From Candidatus Multivoradales bacterium (GTDB lineage: Bacteria > Acidobacteriota > Thermoanaerobaculia > Multivoradales > Multivoraceae): 64,000 nucleotides of DNA. Below are positions 62,983 to 64,000 of this stretch, piece by piece. Where the stretch lies: contig CBDCWI010000002.1 in assembly GCA_965223325.1 (NCBI GenBank), positions 448,001 through 512,000 of the forward strand, given 5' to 3'. The first letter of the stretch is position 1, and each line of letters opens with the position of its first letter. Made by a program: the position numbers and the translations under genes. The notes beneath the pieces were generated by a model, which saw only the letters and a program-made list of their open reading frames with translations, ran no database searches and was not told where the DNA came from.

Positions 62983-64000
62983 ATCGCGGTAGGAGCGCCG
63001 GTTGCCCGGCGCCCCCCGCACAGATCCCAGCGTGCACTGCTAATGCACTGGGCTCCTGCCTCAGGTATTGACGACAAGTCGCTCATCAGGCCAGGGATGT
63101 TGGACTCGGGCTTTGGGTAGGTAGTGGGCCACCAGGGCCCACATCCGTTTCCAGGACGTGCGGTCTTTGTCACTGCGTCGGCGCAGAGCGCGCATCCAGT
63201 GCCGAATGACCTCCTGTCGAAAGGCGTTCAACGCCGCTGAGTTGCCGGGTACGCCGTAGTAGGCATTGAAGCCTCGCACCACGGATCCCAGCCAGAGACC
63301 TTGCTCTGGTAGCGGCGAGTGTCGGTGTCCCAGAAGGGCCGTACCGACAGCCTTCAGTGTCCTGCGGATTCGGTGGCGGCTCGTGATGCGCTTCAGCAAG
63401 AACCTCCCTCGACTAGACTGCGCACAGCAGTGCGTAAAGCCTAGAAACTCGAAGGTCTCCGGCCGCCCGAGACCTCGCGCGCGTCGGTTGTAGGCCGCAA
63501 AGCGGCCAAACTCCAGCAGGCGCGTCTTCTCGGGTTGGATCTCCAACGAGAAGTCACGGAGTCGCAGGTTCAGTTCCTCGAGGAATCGTTCTGCCTCCTC
63601 CTGCCTCTCAAATCCAACGATGAAGTCATCCGCGTAGCGCACGAAGATCATGTCCCCAAGCGCGTTGCGTTTCCTCCACTGCTGGACCCAGAGATCGAGC
63701 ACGTAGTGCAGGTACACGTTCCCGAGGAGAGGCGAAATCGTCGCCCCCTGAGGAGTCCCCCGCGTGCTCGCGTGCCACTTACCGTCTTCCATCACTCCGG
63801 ACCTCAGCCATTTCTGGATGAGGCGAAGGATCCTACGGTCTCCGATACGGTGCTCGAGAAACTTCACCAGCCACTCGTGGTCCAGGGCATCGAAGAACCC
63901 ACGAATGTCTGCGTCGAGCACCCAGTTCACCTTCCGCTTTGTGATTCCAACGAATAGCGCATCCAAAGCATCGTGCTGGCTGCGGCCTCGCCTGAATCCG
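62983..64000 (-). mobile_element. Group II intron (3' part; bacterial IIB-type, probably class E), truncated by window end
   Basis: Minus strand after the RT stop: domain V GAGCCCAGTGCATTAGCAGTGCACGCTGGGATCTGTGCGGGGGG (AGC triad), then domain VI ending ...CCTACCGCGAT with the AY 3' end at 62983. Confidence 0.88.
63061..64000 (-). CDS. ltrA: Group II intron reverse transcriptase/maturase without endonuclease domain, 5'-truncated by window end
   Basis: VLDADIRGFFD, GTPQGATISPLL.NVYLH, RYADD, PEKT, FLGF, domain X (GFNAYY), ends HPWP with no HNH domain. Confidence 0.93.
   Translation of the reverse strand, partial: GFRRGRSQHDALDALFVGITKRKVNWVLDADIRGFFDALDHEWLVKFLEHRIGDRRILRLIQKWLRSGVMEDGKWHASTRGTPQGATISPLLGNVYLHYVLDLWVQQWRKRNALGDMIFVRYADDFIVGFERQEEAERFLEELNLRLRDFSLEIQPEKTRLLEFGRFAAYNRRARGLGRPETFEFLGFTHCCAQSSRGRFLLKRITSRHRIRRTLKAVGTALLGHRHSPLPEQGLWLGSVVRGFNAYYGVPGNSAALNAFRQEVIRHWMRALRRRSDKDRTSWKRMWALVAHYLPKARVQHPWPDERLVVNT

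Noticed and set aside
63061-64000. RT as retron, DGR or defence-associated RT
   Set aside because: YADD plus domain X and canonical intron domains V/VI directly downstream identify a group II intron; the nearby duplicated repeat does not show adenine-specific TR/VR divergence and is not within a target gene.

Overview
GC-rich bacterial chromosomal window. Gene content (Na+-NQR, many secreted proteins, a C-terminal 'LFxxxFE...WS' tail) suggests a marine or sediment organism, possibly Acidobacteriota; that taxonomy is inference only. Left third: a partial dynamin-like GTPase, an L-type lectin, a PaaK-like ligase, a hydrolase, a TAXI-TRAP transporter, two tandem matrixin-type metalloproteases with Cys-rich beta-repeats, two PQQ-like propellers and a PqqL-like M16 protease. 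Middle: housekeeping genes (CinA-like, enoyl-CoA hydratase, nfuA, VOC, delta-60 repeat protein, yciH, Nudix, corA, IorAB-like Mo-hydroxylase, B3/4 editing domain, MBL hydrolase). 32.8-51.6 kb is an ABC-transporter (Wzm/Wzt) glycan locus. It is headed by a TMTC-like GT-C/TPR transferase and includes a GT2 with a ~490-aa coiled coil built on 168-bp tandem repeats, a methyltransferase-methyltransferase-deacetylase fusion and a polyprenol-P-sugar synthase/DUF2304 pair. Right end: gluQ, a fused E1 2-oxoacid dehydrogenase divergent from nqrABCDEF with a perfect Rex/CRP-type palindrome midway between them, REP-like repeats, and the 3' part of a group II intron inserted into one of those repeats. The best candidates for undescribed biology are the TMTC-like/ruler glycan system and the shared C-terminal sorting-like motif.
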